Assembly (NCBI GenBank): GCA_038747195.1
Contig: JBCDKA010000001.1
Coordinates: 139,220 to 203,219, forward strand
Reading direction: 5' to 3'
Length of the DNA stretch: 64,000 nt
DNA from: Pseudomonadota bacterium
GTDB lineage: Bacteria > Pseudomonadota > Gammaproteobacteria > Xanthomonadales > SZUA-38
Position numbers and translations under genes: made by a program. The notes under the pieces were generated by a model. The model was given only the letters and a program-made list of their open reading frames with translations, was not told the origin of the DNA and searched no databases. Shown here one piece after another: positions 28,496-39,668 of this stretch (position 1 is the first letter of the stretch; each line of letters begins with the position of its first letter).

Positions 28496-30591
28496 CGGCG
28501 GTTGCCGCCGGCGGCGTCGGTGAGCAGCATCGCAATTTGGCTTCCGGGGGCTGCCTGATTCAGCGGCGTGCGCTGGGTTCTTAGCTCCCGATCGTAGTCT
28601 CCCTCAAGCAGTGGGTCTGCGCCGCGTTCGAGCAGCAGGCCCACCAGGGCGGCGTTGTTGCTCCAGACCGCGTTGATCAGCGGCGTATCGTCGCCTTCTA
28701 CGTGAGCGTTCACGCCCGCACCGGCGTCCATGAGAAGGGCGGCTAACTCCAGGTGTCCGCCCCGGGCAGCGTTGATGAGCGCGTTACCATCGCCACGCAC
28801 CGCCTGATTGACGTCAGCGCCGGCGGCCAGCAGCGCGCTGGCGGTGGCCACATCATTGCGCCTGGCTGCATCGATCAAGGCGGTGCCGTCACCGCTGACA
28901 GCCTCATTGACGCTGGCTCCCGCTTTGAGCAACAGGTTCGCCACGTCGTCGTGGCCGTGGCGAATGGCCAGCATCAGCGGCGTGCCGTCCCCATCAAAGG
29001 TCACGCTCGGATCGACACCGGCATCCAGCAGCAGCTCGACAATTTCCACGTGACCGCCGACGGCCGCGTGGAATAGGGCCGATTCGTCGCCGTTGCTCCA
29101 AGTGTTGGGGTCTGCTCCTGCCGCCAACAGCAGCTCGACGTTCGCGGCCTGGCCGTGGCGAGCGGCGGCGATCAGCGGGGTACCATCACCGTTCATCTGT
29201 TGCCCGGCATCGGCGCCGCGGGCGAGCAGTTCGGTGATCACCGCGGCCGGCGCCCGCCCGCTGGCGGCGATCAAAGCGCTTTCGTCTTTATGATGATGGA
29301 AGTCCACCCGGGCACCGGCGTCCAGCAGCGCAAACATAACGTCCCAGTGGCCGCGCCGAGCAGCGGCGACAAGTGGCGTCCGCGGATCGCGGCGTCCGTT
29401 CACCTGTTCGGGGTCTGCACCGCCGGCCAGCAGCTGTCGGGTTGCCGCAAGATCGCCCGCCCAGGCGGTAAACAGCAGCCCGTCATCAGCCCGCGGCGTA
29501 CGGTCGCGACTGACGTTCAAGGAAACCGCAGCGCCCACCGCTTCTCTCGCGCTGATTCCCAGGTTGACCCACTGGGGCGCGGCCAGCGCCGCGCCGGCAA
29601 AGACGATGGCGGCGGCTGCGGCGGTAAGGCGTCCAGCGCGCAGCGTGGAGTGGCTCTTCTTGACGTCCAGCATGTGTGAAATTCTCCGTCGTAGATGGTT
29701 TTTGGAGCGCAGGCAGGGGATGGCCAATTCCGGCGGCCGGCCTGGCAGCAGCGACGCCGCCACCGAGAGCAGGCTCGATGCGTAGCGTTGCGGCGAGGCC
29801 CCCAAGGAAAGCGCCCAGTCGTCGCAGGCGGCTTCCCGCTCGGTGTTCATTTGGCTGATGACGTACCAGATTCCTGGATTGAAGCTGAACGCCACGCGTG
29901 CGCCGAACTGCAGCCAGACCCACCAGTGATCGCCGCGCTTGATGTGCGCGAGCTCATGGGTGAGCGCGTGACTGACCATCGATGAGCTCGCCTGGGTTTG
30001 CCAGGCCGTTGGGAGCACGATCATCGGAGCTAGCGTCCCGACAGTCTGCGGTGAACCGACCTCCGAACTGAGCCTGACGGTCACCGTACGAGACATGCCC
30101 ATGCGCCGTGCCAAGGTGTTGGCCTTTTGAACCAGATCGTTGGGGGCCCAAGCAGATCGACGGCGCAGGTCCCGGTTGTACCTGAGAGCGCGCAGCAAAA
30201 GCGTCAGCTGCAGGAGGGCGCCGAGAAGCCATGCCGCCGCCAACCACCGACCGAGGCTACCCGCTTGGGTTGCCGTTGGACGGGTCGCCGGGGTTGGTAT
30301 CGAGCCGGAGTCGGTCCTGGCGGCGACCTTGGCGGTCGACTCCCCAGGTGGCGTCGCCACCATCCGTTCGGTGGTGGGTGTCGACGAGCGTACCTCCCAA
30401 TCAGAATCAGGCCAGGCCAGCAGCAGCGGCATCGCGAGCAGCATGACCAGCACCAGTGCCCAGCTGGCGTGCCGGGCCGCGGCACTGTCATAGCGGCTCA
30501 AGGCCAACGCCAACGACACCGCGATAATGAGGCCCGTGCTGAGCGCCAGGTGATGGATCAGCAGGTCGGCTACAAACCCTGTCTCGTTCAT
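28492..30591 (-). CDS. BlaR1-like M56 membrane metallopeptidase with C-terminal ankyrin repeats
   Basis: TM segments, HELAHIKRGD, FNPGIW, EREAACDD, LRRRISHML; about 9 ankyrin repeats (TPLVAAA, GDGTPLIAAA, GDGTPLMLAI, GDGNALINAA, GDDTPLINAV). Confidence 0.92.
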   Translation of the reverse strand: MNETGFVADLLIHHLALSTGLIIAVSLALALSRYDSAAARHASWALVLVMLLAMPLLLAWPDSDWEVRSSTPTTERMVATPPGESTAKVAARTDSGSIPTPATRPTATQAGSLGRWLAAAWLLGALLQLTLLLRALRYNRDLRRRSAWAPNDLVQKANTLARRMGMSRTVTVRLSSEVGSPQTVGTLAPMIVLPTAWQTQASSSMVSHALTHELAHIKRGDHWWVWLQFGARVAFSFNPGIWYVISQMNTEREAACDDWALSLGASPQRYASSLLSVAASLLPGRPPELAIPCLRSKNHLRRRISHMLDVKKSHSTLRAGRLTAAAAAIVFAGAALAAPQWVNLGISAREAVGAAVSLNVSRDRTPRADDGLLFTAWAGDLAATRQLLAGGADPEQVNGRRDPRTPLVAAARRGHWDVMFALLDAGARVDFHHHKDESALIAASGRAPAAVITELLARGADAGQQMNGDGTPLIAAARHGQAANVELLLAAGADPNTWSNGDESALFHAAVGGHVEIVELLLDAGVDPSVTFDGDGTPLMLAIRHGHDDVANLLLKAGASVNEAVSGDGTALIDAARRNDVATASALLAAGADVNQAVRGDGNALINAARGGHLELAALLMDAGAGVNAHVEGDDTPLINAVWSNNAALVGLLLERGADPLLEGDYDRELRTQRTPLNQAAPGSQIAMLLTDAAGGNRR

Positions 30592-30974
30592 GGCGTGTCC
30601 TCGTCCTGTTCGATCATTCGCCGCAGGCGGTCGATCTCGAGCGCATCGACATCATCCGAGCTGAGCAGGTTTTGCACCAGCGCCGTCGGGGATCCTGAAA
30701 AAAAGCGGCTCATCAGGTGCTTCAAGGCTCGACCCTGGGCCGTGCTGCGATCGATCAGCGGCTCGTAGACAAAGGCGCGGCCTTGCTTTCGGTGGCTCAG
30801 GTAACCTTTCTCGGCAAGAATCCCCAGCATGGTCTGCACGGTGTTGTAGGCAACGGGCTCCTGCCGATTCAGCTCATCGGTAACGTCTCGAACCGAGGCT
30901 TCGCCCAGGGTCCAGACAACATCCATGATGCGCAGCTCACCGTCGGTCAAAGTTTGAGATTTCTGTCGAGCCAT
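30588..30974 (-). CDS. BlaI/MecI/CopY-family repressor
   Basis: LTDGELRIMDVVW, SVRDV, AYNTVQTML.IL..KG, FFSGS; ATGA overlap with the M56 gene. Confidence 0.93.
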   Translation of the reverse strand: MARQKSQTLTDGELRIMDVVWTLGEASVRDVTDELNRQEPVAYNTVQTMLGILAEKGYLSHRKQGRAFVYEPLIDRSTAQGRALKHLMSRFFSGSPTALVQNLLSSDDVDALEIDRLRRMIEQDEDTP

Positions 30975-30993
30975 AGCGAATTGACGTCTAAAA

Positions 30994-31058
30994 CCGAATG
31001 AATTAGGACTGAGAAAAGCCTACCGACAAGCGTGTTTCTCGTCAACTAATTCTTTAGG
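30994..31058 (-). promoter_or_regulatory. sigma70-type promoter flanked by two candidate BlaI-family operators
   Basis: Minus strand TTGACG (31045-31040), 17 nt spacer, TAGGCT (31022-31017); related imperfect palindromes ACTAATTCTTTAGG (31045-31058, plus) and CCTAATTCATTCGG (31007-30994, minus). Confidence 0.6.
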
Positions 31059-31155
31059 AGTTTGCTGCGTGAACTGCTCGAAAAGAGGGGCAAGCCTTAG
31101 CTTTGGGCATGGTTCGAGGACACGGGATCAGCCAAGCCTGCGCCCGCGATGTCGC

Positions 31156-32055
31156 TCAGCCGGTGATTTCAAACGCCAGGCTGCGGATTGCCGGCGCTTC
31201 TTTTCTCAGCTTCTCAAACGCGTTGAGCTGACACTCGGCGTCCACCTTCAGCGATGGCAGGAGGTGTCCGTCCGGCTCGAAATCTCGTTGATGGGTGACG
31301 GCAAAACACATCCGGGTGGCGTTGGCGACCACCAGCGTGACCGGCTCCTCGTCGGGGACGAGCGCAGCAGCCTTTTGACGGGCAATGGCGGCACACAAGA
31401 CGTCGGGCAGGCGCCAGTGCTCGGCAAGCTGCTGGCTGATCTCAACATGCCCAAAGCCGCAACATTGTCGGAGTGCGTCGTTGAGTGCCAGGTCTCCGTC
31501 AGCCTGCATTAACGCGATCGCGCGGGCCAGATCCTCGGGGCGGTTTTCGACCAGCCACAGAATGCCCAGCCGAGCCAGCAGCGCGGCGGTGCGGGCTGAC
31601 TCTCGGGACTCCGGAGCCAAAGGCTCAGCGAGCAGGTAGCCCGCATCAGCGGCCAGGAGAGAGCTCGCCCAGAACCGGATCGCGTTAAAGCCGCTGACCG
31701 GGACGGGACGGAAGGGCTGGGAGACGGCCATGGCCACCCCAACGGTTCGAATCATGTTGAGTCCGAGCCTCCGGCAGGCGAGCTCCAGCGACGTGACCGG
31801 CACTGCTGGCGCTGACCAGGCGGAATTCGCCAGCGCCAGGATCCGGCCGGCGATGACCGGCGCTTTCTCGATAACGCCCGGCAGGCTTCGGGCGTCGAGC
31901 TCCGGATCGGATAACCGGTTGACCAGATAGCCCGACGCGGGAAGAAGCGCCGGCAGGCTCGCCGTGCTCACCATCGGCATCGGCTGCGTGTCGGCGGACT
32001 TAGCCGGTTGCGCCGACATGGATCGCCTGGCTGCGAACATCGTCGGTCCGCTCAT
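31156..32055 (-). CDS. Stand-alone HDOD domain protein
   Basis: [45 protein letters not shown]; start uncertain (32055, 32019 or 31980). Confidence 0.85.
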   Translation of the reverse strand: MSGPTMFAARRSMSAQPAKSADTQPMPMVSTASLPALLPASGYLVNRLSDPELDARSLPGVIEKAPVIAGRILALANSAWSAPAVPVTSLELACRRLGLNMIRTVGVAMAVSQPFRPVPVSGFNAIRFWASSLLAADAGYLLAEPLAPESRESARTAALLARLGILWLVENRPEDLARAIALMQADGDLALNDALRQCCGFGHVEISQQLAEHWRLPDVLCAAIARQKAAALVPDEEPVTLVVANATRMCFAVTHQRDFEPDGHLLPSLKVDAECQLNAFEKLRKEAPAIRSLAFEITG

Positions 32056-35000
32056 TGATCTGTTTGACAGCCTCCGGCACTTCTGCCGCGCTGACCGGCC
32101 GCGAAAAATAGTAACCCTGGATCTGATCGCAGCCCAGCGCTGACAGTGCTGCCACCTGATCTCGATCTTCCACCCCTTCGGCCACTACCGAGAGCTTTAG
32201 CCCTTTCGCCATGCCGATGATCGACCCCATCATGATGGCGTCGCCGGGGTTGTGCATCATGTCGATGACAAAAACGCGGTCGATCTTCAGCGTGTCGATC
32301 GGCAGCTTTTTCAGCGAACCCAGCGACGAGAAGCCGGTGCCGAAGTCGTCAATGGCGATGCTGACGCCGAGTTCGCGCAGCTGCTCCAGTACCGGTAGCG
32401 CGAAATCCGCTCGCTGGACCGCTGCTTCGGTGATCTCGAGCTCAAGCTGCGAACAGGGCAGCCCCGAATCCTGCAGGGTTTGCTGGACCGTATTGACGAA
32501 CCCGGCCTTCAACAGATGGGTGGGTGAGATATTCACCGAAACTACCAGTGAACCGAGCTCAGTCTCGGCCCAGGCCTGTGCCTGGATACACGCCTGTTTC
32601 AGCACCCGTTCGCCGAGCTCACCGAGCAGTCCAAGCCGCTCCATCTCATCGATAAACAGTGCTGGGGAAACGAGGCCATGATGTGGATCGTCCCAGCGCG
32701 CGAGCGCTTCCAGGCCGCAGACCTGGCCGGTGGCCAGATTGATCTTCGGCTGGTAGTGGAGGAGGAATTCATCCTGTCGCAGCGCCCGGCGCAGACGAAA
32801 CTCCATCGACATCCGCTGGGCGACTCGGTCCGTCATCTCCGGCTGATAGAAGGCAATTTCGCCCGCGTCGCCCCGCTTGCGGCTGACCTGGAGCGCGGAG
32901 TCCGCGGCCTTGAGCAGGTCGAAGGGCGTTGCGCCGTCGTCCGGAAAGCGCGAGATGCCGACGCTGATCGTCGGCTCCAGCTGGGTGCCGTTGATGTCCA
33001 GCGGCTGGCAGATCCGGCGGCGGCAGTCCATCGCGAGATGGGCGGCGTCCATGGGACTCTCCAGCGGGTCGACGACAATACAAAAATCGTCTCCCCCGGT
33101 GCGCGCGGCGAAGTCTGTCGGCCGCAACATCGTTCGGAACAGGCCTGCTACGGTTGCGAGCACGGTGTCGCCGGCTTCAAAGCCCAGCGCTTCGTTGATG
33201 TCGCGGAAGTTGTCCAGTTCGATGACCAGCAGCGCAAACGGCGTGTTTCCGTTCGTGGCCATGCGATCCGAAAGCGTCTTCAGAAGCTGGCGGCGGCTGG
33301 CCAGGCCCGTGAGCGGATCAAATGACGCGAGACGCTCAATTTTCTTTTCCGTTTCTCGCCGGTGGGTGACGTCGCGGACGGCGCCCAGCACAACCAGCGA
33401 GTTATTGGGGTTGGTTTCCAGCGCCTGCTCGACCTCCACCGGTGCACCGCCGGGCGGCAGCAATCGATAGCACAGCGTGGCGCCCGCGCCTTTGGCCCGG
33501 TCGTAGCGAAACGACGCCTCGACGCGATCACGGTCTTCAAAATGTACGCGACGTAGAAACTCAGAAAGCTCTATCGTGCGATCGGCTTCGGGCCAGCCGC
33601 AGAGCTTGGCCAGATGGGCGGACACGCTGAGCTGGCGGGATTCGATGTCCCACTGCCAGTAGCCCATCTCGGCGATTCGCTGGATGTTGCGGAACTGCCC
33701 CTGCTGCTCGCGCAGCAGCGCGTCGTTGCGCGCAGACCGCAGGATAAAACGCAGCTGCTGACACAGCAGCGAATACTGGAGCGGCTTGTGCACAAAAGCG
33801 GCGGCTCCCGCCTGAAACGCCGATTCGATCGCGTTGGCGTCGTTCAGTCCGGTCATCATCACCACCGGCAGGTTTTGGAAACTTTCGCGCTCACGCAGAG
33901 CGACGCACGTTTCGAAGCCATCCATGCCCGGCATCTGCGCGTCGAGCAGCACAAGATCAGGATTCAGCTGCTTTTGCGCAGCCAGAGCCTGCTTGCCGCT
34001 GTGGAAAGCGCTGACGCGATAACCTTCGGCGGTCAGGACGTCATCCAGCGACATCCGGAAGTTGGCGTCATCGTCGATGACCATGACAACCGGCTCCGGG
34101 GGGGACGCCTCGTCAGCAGGCACAACGGATGCCGCCATGCCGGGATCTGAATGCCGGTCACCGGGGGTCTGCGGCGTGGCTGCAACCACCGCCAGCTCAA
34201 CCTTAGGGGCCGGAACGGAATCCGTGTTTAGCGTCAGGGCGATCGCGGCTGACACGCTGCCGGCGAGCGCTTGAAGTCGGCCGGCCTGTTCATGGCACTC
34301 GGCCAGGTGGTCTGCCGATGCAGCTTCTTCCAAGGTCCGACAGACCGCAGCAAATTCTTCGGCGCCGACGTTTGCCGAGCTGGATTTGAGGCTATGGGCG
34401 ATGTCTTTCATTGCGCCGCAGTCATCGTTGGCGGCAGCGACACCGAGGAGCTGCATCTGTTCGGGCAGAAACGCCAGGAATCGTCCCAGGACGCGCTCTA
34501 CCACCGTCTCGCCGCCGGCCTGCCGGAGGTTTTCCAAGGCCTCCCGCTGCAGCGTGGGTGGCGCCGAAGATTCCGATGCCTCTCGAGTAGCGGTCGGCGC
34601 CCAGCGCCGTACCTCGGCCCCGAGTTTTTGCTGATCGAAGGGTTTGCTCAGGTACCCGTTCATGCCGGCATCCGCACACTGCTGCTCGATGCCTTTCTGA
34701 ACGTCGGCCGTGAGCGCAACAATGGCGACCGGTGAGTCGCTGTGCTGCTGTTCATGCCGGCGAATCTGGCGCGCGGCCTCAAACCCATCCATGCCAGGCA
34801 TGTGGCAGTCCATCAGGATCAGGTCATAGCGGGTGGTTCTGGCGGCAGCAACCGCTTCGTGTCCATCGTTGGCCACATCTGCTCGGCAGCCCAGCGTCTC
34901 CAGCATGGCGAGCGCAACTTCCTGATTGACCGGGTTGTCCTCTGCCAGGAGCAGGTGCAGCGATGGAAATGCCGGGTCGTTGGCCGGCACCTGTTCCTGC

Positions 35001-36970
35001 GACGCGCTGCCAGTGGTGTCCGGCAAGTGCTGCAGCAGGCCAGCCAGCAGCGTATCTTGCCGCACCGGTTTGCTCATATGCCGGTCGATCCCGGCCGCTT
35101 CGATTCGGCTGCTGGGTATGTCCTGCACCGAGGAACTGAGCACAATCAGCGCGGCCGGCGGGATCTCCGGATCCGTCCGGATGTTTCTAGCCAGGCTCAC
35201 GCCATCGGTGTCTGGCAGGTGCCAATCGAGCAAGATGGCGTCATAGGGGCTGCCCGAGCGGGCCGCCGACTCGACCTTCTCCAGCGCGGTTTCGCCGTTG
35301 ACGGCGACGTCCGGGAGCATGTCCCAGGCGCTGACCTGTCGCTTGAGAATGTCCAGATTAGTCTGCTGATCGTCCACCAGCAAAATTCGTCGGCCTGCCA
35401 GCGACTCGGGGTCAAGCGGATTGTCGCTCTGCGCCTGAGCTGTGTTCAGCGCGATGGAGAAGCTAAAGCAGGCGCCTCGACCCGGCTCGCTAACGACTCT
35501 TAGATGCCCGTCCATCAGTTCGACGAGCTGTCGGGAGATCGCCAGCCCCAGGCCGGTGCCGCCAAAGGCGCGAGACGTAGAACCATCAGCCTGCGAAAAC
35601 GATTCAAAGATCAGCTCAGCCTGCTGCGGATCGATGCCGATGCCGGTGTCACTGACGGCAAAAGACAGCGTCATCTGCCCGTTTGCCTCGTCTACTCCCG
35701 TTTCCAGGATCAGTTTCACCTCTCCCGTTTCGGTGAACTTCACGGCGTTGCCGAGCAGATTGATCAAAATCTGTCGAAGCCGGATGCTGTCGCCGGTCAC
35801 CCAGAGCGCCCCCGGGCGGTCGACGTCAGTGATCAGGCTGAGGCCTTTACGCGCTGCCTGCTCGGCCATCATTTCCATGACGTCGTCGATCAGCACGCGC
35901 AGGTCAAAGTCCTGCTGGCTCAGCTCCAGCCGACCGGCCTCGATCTTGGAGAAATCCAGAATGTTGTTGATGACGCCGAGGAGGTTTTCCGCCGAGCGAT
36001 AGGCGGTTTCCGCCAAATGTCGCTGGCTGTTGTTGAGCGACGTGCCAAGCAGCAGCTCGTTCATGCCCAAAACGCCGTTCATGGGGGTGCGGATCTCGTG
36101 GCTCATCGTTGCCAGGAATTCGCTCTTTGCCTGACTGGCGGCCTCGGCAGATTCTTTGGCTTCCTGCAAATCGACGGTGCGCTCGTGAACCGTTTTCTCC
36201 AGCGAATCTCGATGCCCCGCCAGCTCCAGATCGCGGTCGAGAATCTGCGTCAACATCTCGTTGAACCCGCGCACCAGCTGGCCGATTTCGTCCTGCCCGT
36301 CGTTTTTCACCCGCAGCGTATAGTCGTTTTCGGTCTTTACGCGCGCCATGCCGTCAGCGAGATTGTGGATCGGCCCGGTGATCCGCCTGGCGAGCCTTGT
36401 AGACAGCCAGTACACCAGGAGCAGCAGGCCGCCGATCACGGCACCGAGCAGCTGCGCAAAGCGGGTGAGCTGCTCATACATCGGGGCCATATTGGCCTCG
36501 ACGTACAGTGAGCCGATGACCTCCGTGTCTCGGCTTACCGGCGTCAGCATTTCCAGGTGACTCATGCTGAAGGAGTACTCGAAGCCCGCGTCCGAGCGCT
36601 GCCAGCCAACGGTTTGATCGATTGCCGAGAGGTTGCCGTCTGCCAGCGCCACAAACGGTGTACCGTCAGCAAACATCAGTTGTGCGTTCGCGATCATGGG
36701 TTCGGCGGCGAGCGCACTCAGCACGCGCGAAGCGGTGTCGGGATCTTCGAAAGACAGCGCTGCGCTGGAGTTGGTGGCGACGACATCCGACACCACCGAT
36801 ATTCGATCCAGGAGCGAACTGCGGTAGAACGACAGCTCCATGTACGCGTAGATCGCCGCGCCGCCGACCAGTACACCGGCGCTGACGCCGAAGATCATCC
36901 AGCGGATGCGCGCGGCGATCGACAGGTTTGCTAATACGCCGGAAAGGCTCCGGCGCCGCTGCTGGGTCAT
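32000..36970 (-). CDS. 1656 aa hybrid sensor: CHASE8-like-HAMP-HisKA-HATPase-REC-REC-Hpt-REC-PAS-GGDEF(degenerate)-EAL
   Basis: Two TM helices around [50 protein letters not shown]; receiver Asp motifs [67 protein letters not shown]. Confidence 0.93.
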   Translation of the reverse strand: MTQQRRRSLSGVLANLSIAARIRWMIFGVSAGVLVGGAAIYAYMELSFYRSSLLDRISVVSDVVATNSSAALSFEDPDTASRVLSALAAEPMIANAQLMFADGTPFVALADGNLSAIDQTVGWQRSDAGFEYSFSMSHLEMLTPVSRDTEVIGSLYVEANMAPMYEQLTRFAQLLGAVIGGLLLLVYWLSTRLARRITGPIHNLADGMARVKTENDYTLRVKNDGQDEIGQLVRGFNEMLTQILDRDLELAGHRDSLEKTVHERTVDLQEAKESAEAASQAKSEFLATMSHEIRTPMNGVLGMNELLLGTSLNNSQRHLAETAYRSAENLLGVINNILDFSKIEAGRLELSQQDFDLRVLIDDVMEMMAEQAARKGLSLITDVDRPGALWVTGDSIRLRQILINLLGNAVKFTETGEVKLILETGVDEANGQMTLSFAVSDTGIGIDPQQAELIFESFSQADGSTSRAFGGTGLGLAISRQLVELMDGHLRVVSEPGRGACFSFSIALNTAQAQSDNPLDPESLAGRRILLVDDQQTNLDILKRQVSAWDMLPDVAVNGETALEKVESAARSGSPYDAILLDWHLPDTDGVSLARNIRTDPEIPPAALIVLSSSVQDIPSSRIEAAGIDRHMSKPVRQDTLLAGLLQHLPDTTGSASQEQVPANDPAFPSLHLLLAEDNPVNQEVALAMLETLGCRADVANDGHEAVAAARTTRYDLILMDCHMPGMDGFEAARQIRRHEQQHSDSPVAIVALTADVQKGIEQQCADAGMNGYLSKPFDQQKLGAEVRRWAPTATREASESSAPPTLQREALENLRQAGGETVVERVLGRFLAFLPEQMQLLGVAAANDDCGAMKDIAHSLKSSSANVGAEEFAAVCRTLEEAASADHLAECHEQAGRLQALAGSVSAAIALTLNTDSVPAPKVELAVVAATPQTPGDRHSDPGMAASVVPADEASPPEPVVMVIDDDANFRMSLDDVLTAEGYRVSAFHSGKQALAAQKQLNPDLVLLDAQMPGMDGFETCVALRERESFQNLPVVMMTGLNDANAIESAFQAGAAAFVHKPLQYSLLCQQLRFILRSARNDALLREQQGQFRNIQRIAEMGYWQWDIESRQLSVSAHLAKLCGWPEADRTIELSEFLRRVHFEDRDRVEASFRYDRAKGAGATLCYRLLPPGGAPVEVEQALETNPNNSLVVLGAVRDVTHRRETEKKIERLASFDPLTGLASRRQLLKTLSDRMATNGNTPFALLVIELDNFRDINEALGFEAGDTVLATVAGLFRTMLRPTDFAARTGGDDFCIVVDPLESPMDAAHLAMDCRRRICQPLDINGTQLEPTISVGISRFPDDGATPFDLLKAADSALQVSRKRGDAGEIAFYQPEMTDRVAQRMSMEFRLRRALRQDEFLLHYQPKINLATGQVCGLEALARWDDPHHGLVSPALFIDEMERLGLLGELGERVLKQACIQAQAWAETELGSLVVSVNISPTHLLKAGFVNTVQQTLQDSGLPCSQLELEITEAAVQRADFALPVLEQLRELGVSIAIDDFGTGFSSLGSLKKLPIDTLKIDRVFVIDMMHNPGDAIMMGSIIGMAKGLKLSVVAEGVEDRDQVAALSALGCDQIQGYYFSRPVSAAEVPEAVKQINERTDDVRSQAIHVGATG

Positions 36971-37533
36971 TTGTCGCCCCCCACCACGGTCGAGAGCTCA
37001 AGCAGCGGTGCGGCGATCAGAAGATCGGCAGCAAGCGCGGCGTTGCGGTTGATCAGGAAGCCGAAGCGATTTCGATCTTTTCGGATTTCAATCATGCCGC
37101 CGCCGTAAGCAAAGGCTTCGGCGTCGCTGATGGTGAGGGTCGGCTGATCACGCGTTAGCTCGAGCGCCGACTCCAGATCCTCGACGTTGTCGACGAATAA
37201 CAGGTGGCAATGGTCCGCAACGGGTTCGTCCCGGCTCAGCTCATAAAGCGTTATTGGACGCCCTGCAGCCTGACGTTCCGATAAGGAAGCGAGTGCGCCT
37301 TCTAATGGATTTTCTCCGTAGCCGCAGACATTGAAACGTCCTTCGTCGTCTACCGAGAATGCTTCCTCGGGCCAGGTGACGTAGGCCATGATTTTGTATA
37401 CCAGCGCTGCCTTCAGGGTGTTTTCTGGCTGCGGTGCATCGTTGCCGTAGGCTGATTCGGTGAACAGCACCGAAAGCAGTAAAACCAGACCGGCTCGCCT
37501 GATCCCGGGGGCATTGGCTTCGGAGCTCATCAT
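36967..37533 (-). CDS. YfiR/HmsC-family periplasmic protein (DUF4154)
   Basis: Signal peptide; [38 protein letters not shown] overlap with the kinase gene. Confidence 0.88.
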   Translation of the reverse strand: MMSSEANAPGIRRAGLVLLLSVLFTESAYGNDAPQPENTLKAALVYKIMAYVTWPEEAFSVDDEGRFNVCGYGENPLEGALASLSERQAAGRPITLYELSRDEPVADHCHLLFVDNVEDLESALELTRDQPTLTISDAEAFAYGGGMIEIRKDRNRFGFLINRNAALAADLLIAAPLLELSTVVGGDK

Positions 37534-37545
37534 GGGGCGCAGGCC

Positions 37546-39543
37546 TTATTGCCAGCGCATTCTTAGCTGCAGGTACATCATCCGTCCGATATCGGAGGCC
37601 GGCGTGAATGTTTCGCCTAAAAACTCGAATCGGTTCCCGAGCAGGTTCTTGCCCGAAAAGAGCACTTCGAGGCTGTCGTTTTGCCGCCAGGTCAGCGAGG
37701 CATCCAGCCCGGTATAACTCTCCGGGCGGAGCGACGCCGCGAGTTCTGACCCTGGTACGATGGATGCCGGAAGCGCGTCGACGTACTGGCCGCGAACATG
37801 AAGAAACCAGTTGTCGCTCAGGGTCAGATCGCTATCGATGGTCAGCTGATGAGGAGCAGTGTCTGTCGGCAGTCCGGCGAAGACAGTTTCGTTTTGTCCA
37901 CCACTAGCAGGCTCGACGTCGAGGTCGATATAGGTGTAGTTACCGCTGAGACGCCAGCGGTTCATGACCTGCCAGGATAGTGCTGCCTCAAAGCCGTCCG
38001 ACTGTCCCTTGAGATTGTTTCCGAGCGCGAGATCAAGAAGAGGTGGGCGACTTGGCGGAAGCGATAGCCGCGTGCCAATCAGGTCGCGGTATTCGTTGTG
38101 GAAGGCCGTCAGGTCGAGCGACAGCCCGTTGCCCGCCGTAAACCTATAGCCGAACTCAATAGCCATGAGGTTGACAGCACCAAGGTCCGGGTCGCCGAAA
38201 AGCGTATTCGTCGGCGGTGTAAGCAGAAAGGTGCCGTCCTGCTCAGCGCGCGAGGGTGTGCGGACCGCTCTGGCGATGCTTCCCCACACGGTATGCTGAC
38301 CGTTCGGTTGCCAGACCATACGGAGATTGGGCTGATACTCAAATCCAGAGAAGGCGTTTCGATCAAACTTGGAGCCAACGATCATTCGGGTTGTTTCACC
38401 CAGCGTAATTTCGCTTTGCACAAAGGCGCCGTAGTGACTGACCGATCTTTGGCTAGGGTCGAGCGCAAGCACCCCGGCGCTTGTGATGTCGTCTCGAACG
38501 TGCCGATAGCTCAAGCCCCACAGCAGCTCCTGACGTGCGCCCAGCGGCCGGCGATGCTGAAAGTCCAGATCGAACGTGTTGTGGCGCTGTTTGATGAGCG
38601 ATTCGTTGCGGTTCATATGGTCGAAATACGCCTGGACCGAGAAACTCTCGTTTTCATCCAGTGTGCGGGTCCAGCGGGATAGTAGATTCCCACCCTGAGC
38701 CTCGTAGTCATTGAGGAAGGTGTTCGTTCGAATCAGGCCCTCCTGCTGTCGGCCCTTGATGTCATAGCTGTCGCCCTGCAAGGTCCAGGTATCGCGGTCG
38801 GTCGGCTCACTGTCGACTCGAAATCCCACGCGAGCGTTGTCCCAACGCTCATTTGTGTCCTGGTTCGTCAACAGGTTCTCGAACCCCTCGTGCTCGGTGT
38901 ACTTCGCGTAGACCCGGCCGAAGGTCCGGTCTCCAAGCTGCGCCCCATAACGAACGCTGCCGCCGGCTCGTTCCCGGTTGCCGGCGCCAGCAACCAAAAG
39001 GCTACCCTGGGTTTCGGCAGCGCTGCGGGTGATGATATTGATAACGCCGTTGACGGCGTTCGGGCCCCACAGCGTCCCGCCCGGACCGCGGATCACCTCG
39101 ATACGGTCGACGTCATCCAGCAGCGTGTCCAGCTCGTCCCAGTAGACGCCTGAAAACGACGGAACGTAAACGCTGCGGCCATCGACGAGCACCAGCAACT
39201 TGTTGGTGTAGCGCCCCGAAAAGCCCCGGATACTGATGGCCCACTGGGAGGCGTTGATCCGCCCAACGTGAACGCCGGGAACGCCTCGCAAAGCTTCGGC
39301 GATGGTTGTAATGCCCCGCTGACGAATCGAATCGCCCGTGACAACAAAAGTCGCTGCCGCGGTGTCACCCAGCGCCTCGTTTTTGCGCGAAACCGACGAG
39401 ACCTCGATGGACAGCAGGTCTTCGAGCGGTAGATCAAAAAAATCTTCGGGTCCTGCCGTCCCCTGTGCCTGAACACCCGCACACATCAGCGTCCCCACCA
39501 GCGCTGCTATCAGTGGTTGGCATCTCAAAGCAAAAATCCTCAC
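37546..39543 (-). CDS. TonB-dependent receptor
   Basis: Signal peptide; LEDLLSIEVSSVSRK; plug ISIRGF..NKLLVLVDGR, RIEVIRGPGGTLWGPNAVNGVINIIT; aromatic C-terminus MRWQ. Confidence 0.95.
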   Translation of the reverse strand: MRIFALRCQPLIAALVGTLMCAGVQAQGTAGPEDFFDLPLEDLLSIEVSSVSRKNEALGDTAAATFVVTGDSIRQRGITTIAEALRGVPGVHVGRINASQWAISIRGFSGRYTNKLLVLVDGRSVYVPSFSGVYWDELDTLLDDVDRIEVIRGPGGTLWGPNAVNGVINIITRSAAETQGSLLVAGAGNRERAGGSVRYGAQLGDRTFGRVYAKYTEHEGFENLLTNQDTNERWDNARVGFRVDSEPTDRDTWTLQGDSYDIKGRQQEGLIRTNTFLNDYEAQGGNLLSRWTRTLDENESFSVQAYFDHMNRNESLIKQRHNTFDLDFQHRRPLGARQELLWGLSYRHVRDDITSAGVLALDPSQRSVSHYGAFVQSEITLGETTRMIVGSKFDRNAFSGFEYQPNLRMVWQPNGQHTVWGSIARAVRTPSRAEQDGTFLLTPPTNTLFGDPDLGAVNLMAIEFGYRFTAGNGLSLDLTAFHNEYRDLIGTRLSLPPSRPPLLDLALGNNLKGQSDGFEAALSWQVMNRWRLSGNYTYIDLDVEPASGGQNETVFAGLPTDTAPHQLTIDSDLTLSDNWFLHVRGQYVDALPASIVPGSELAASLRPESYTGLDASLTWRQNDSLEVLFSGKNLLGNRFEFLGETFTPASDIGRMMYLQLRMRWQ

Positions 39544-39668
39544 GAGCTGGCCTCGTTAAATCACCAAACCGTATATCGACCGCGAGGTGGCGTCCTTTAG
39601 GATCGCTTGCGATACTCGCGGCATCTCACGGAACCCTGGGAACGGCCGGGAAAAGAGGGTATAGGGTC

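Noticed and set aside
39544..39668. Riboswitch upstream of the TonB-dependent receptor
   Set aside because: 125 nt divergent gap with no cobalamin, TPP or c-di-GMP consensus visible
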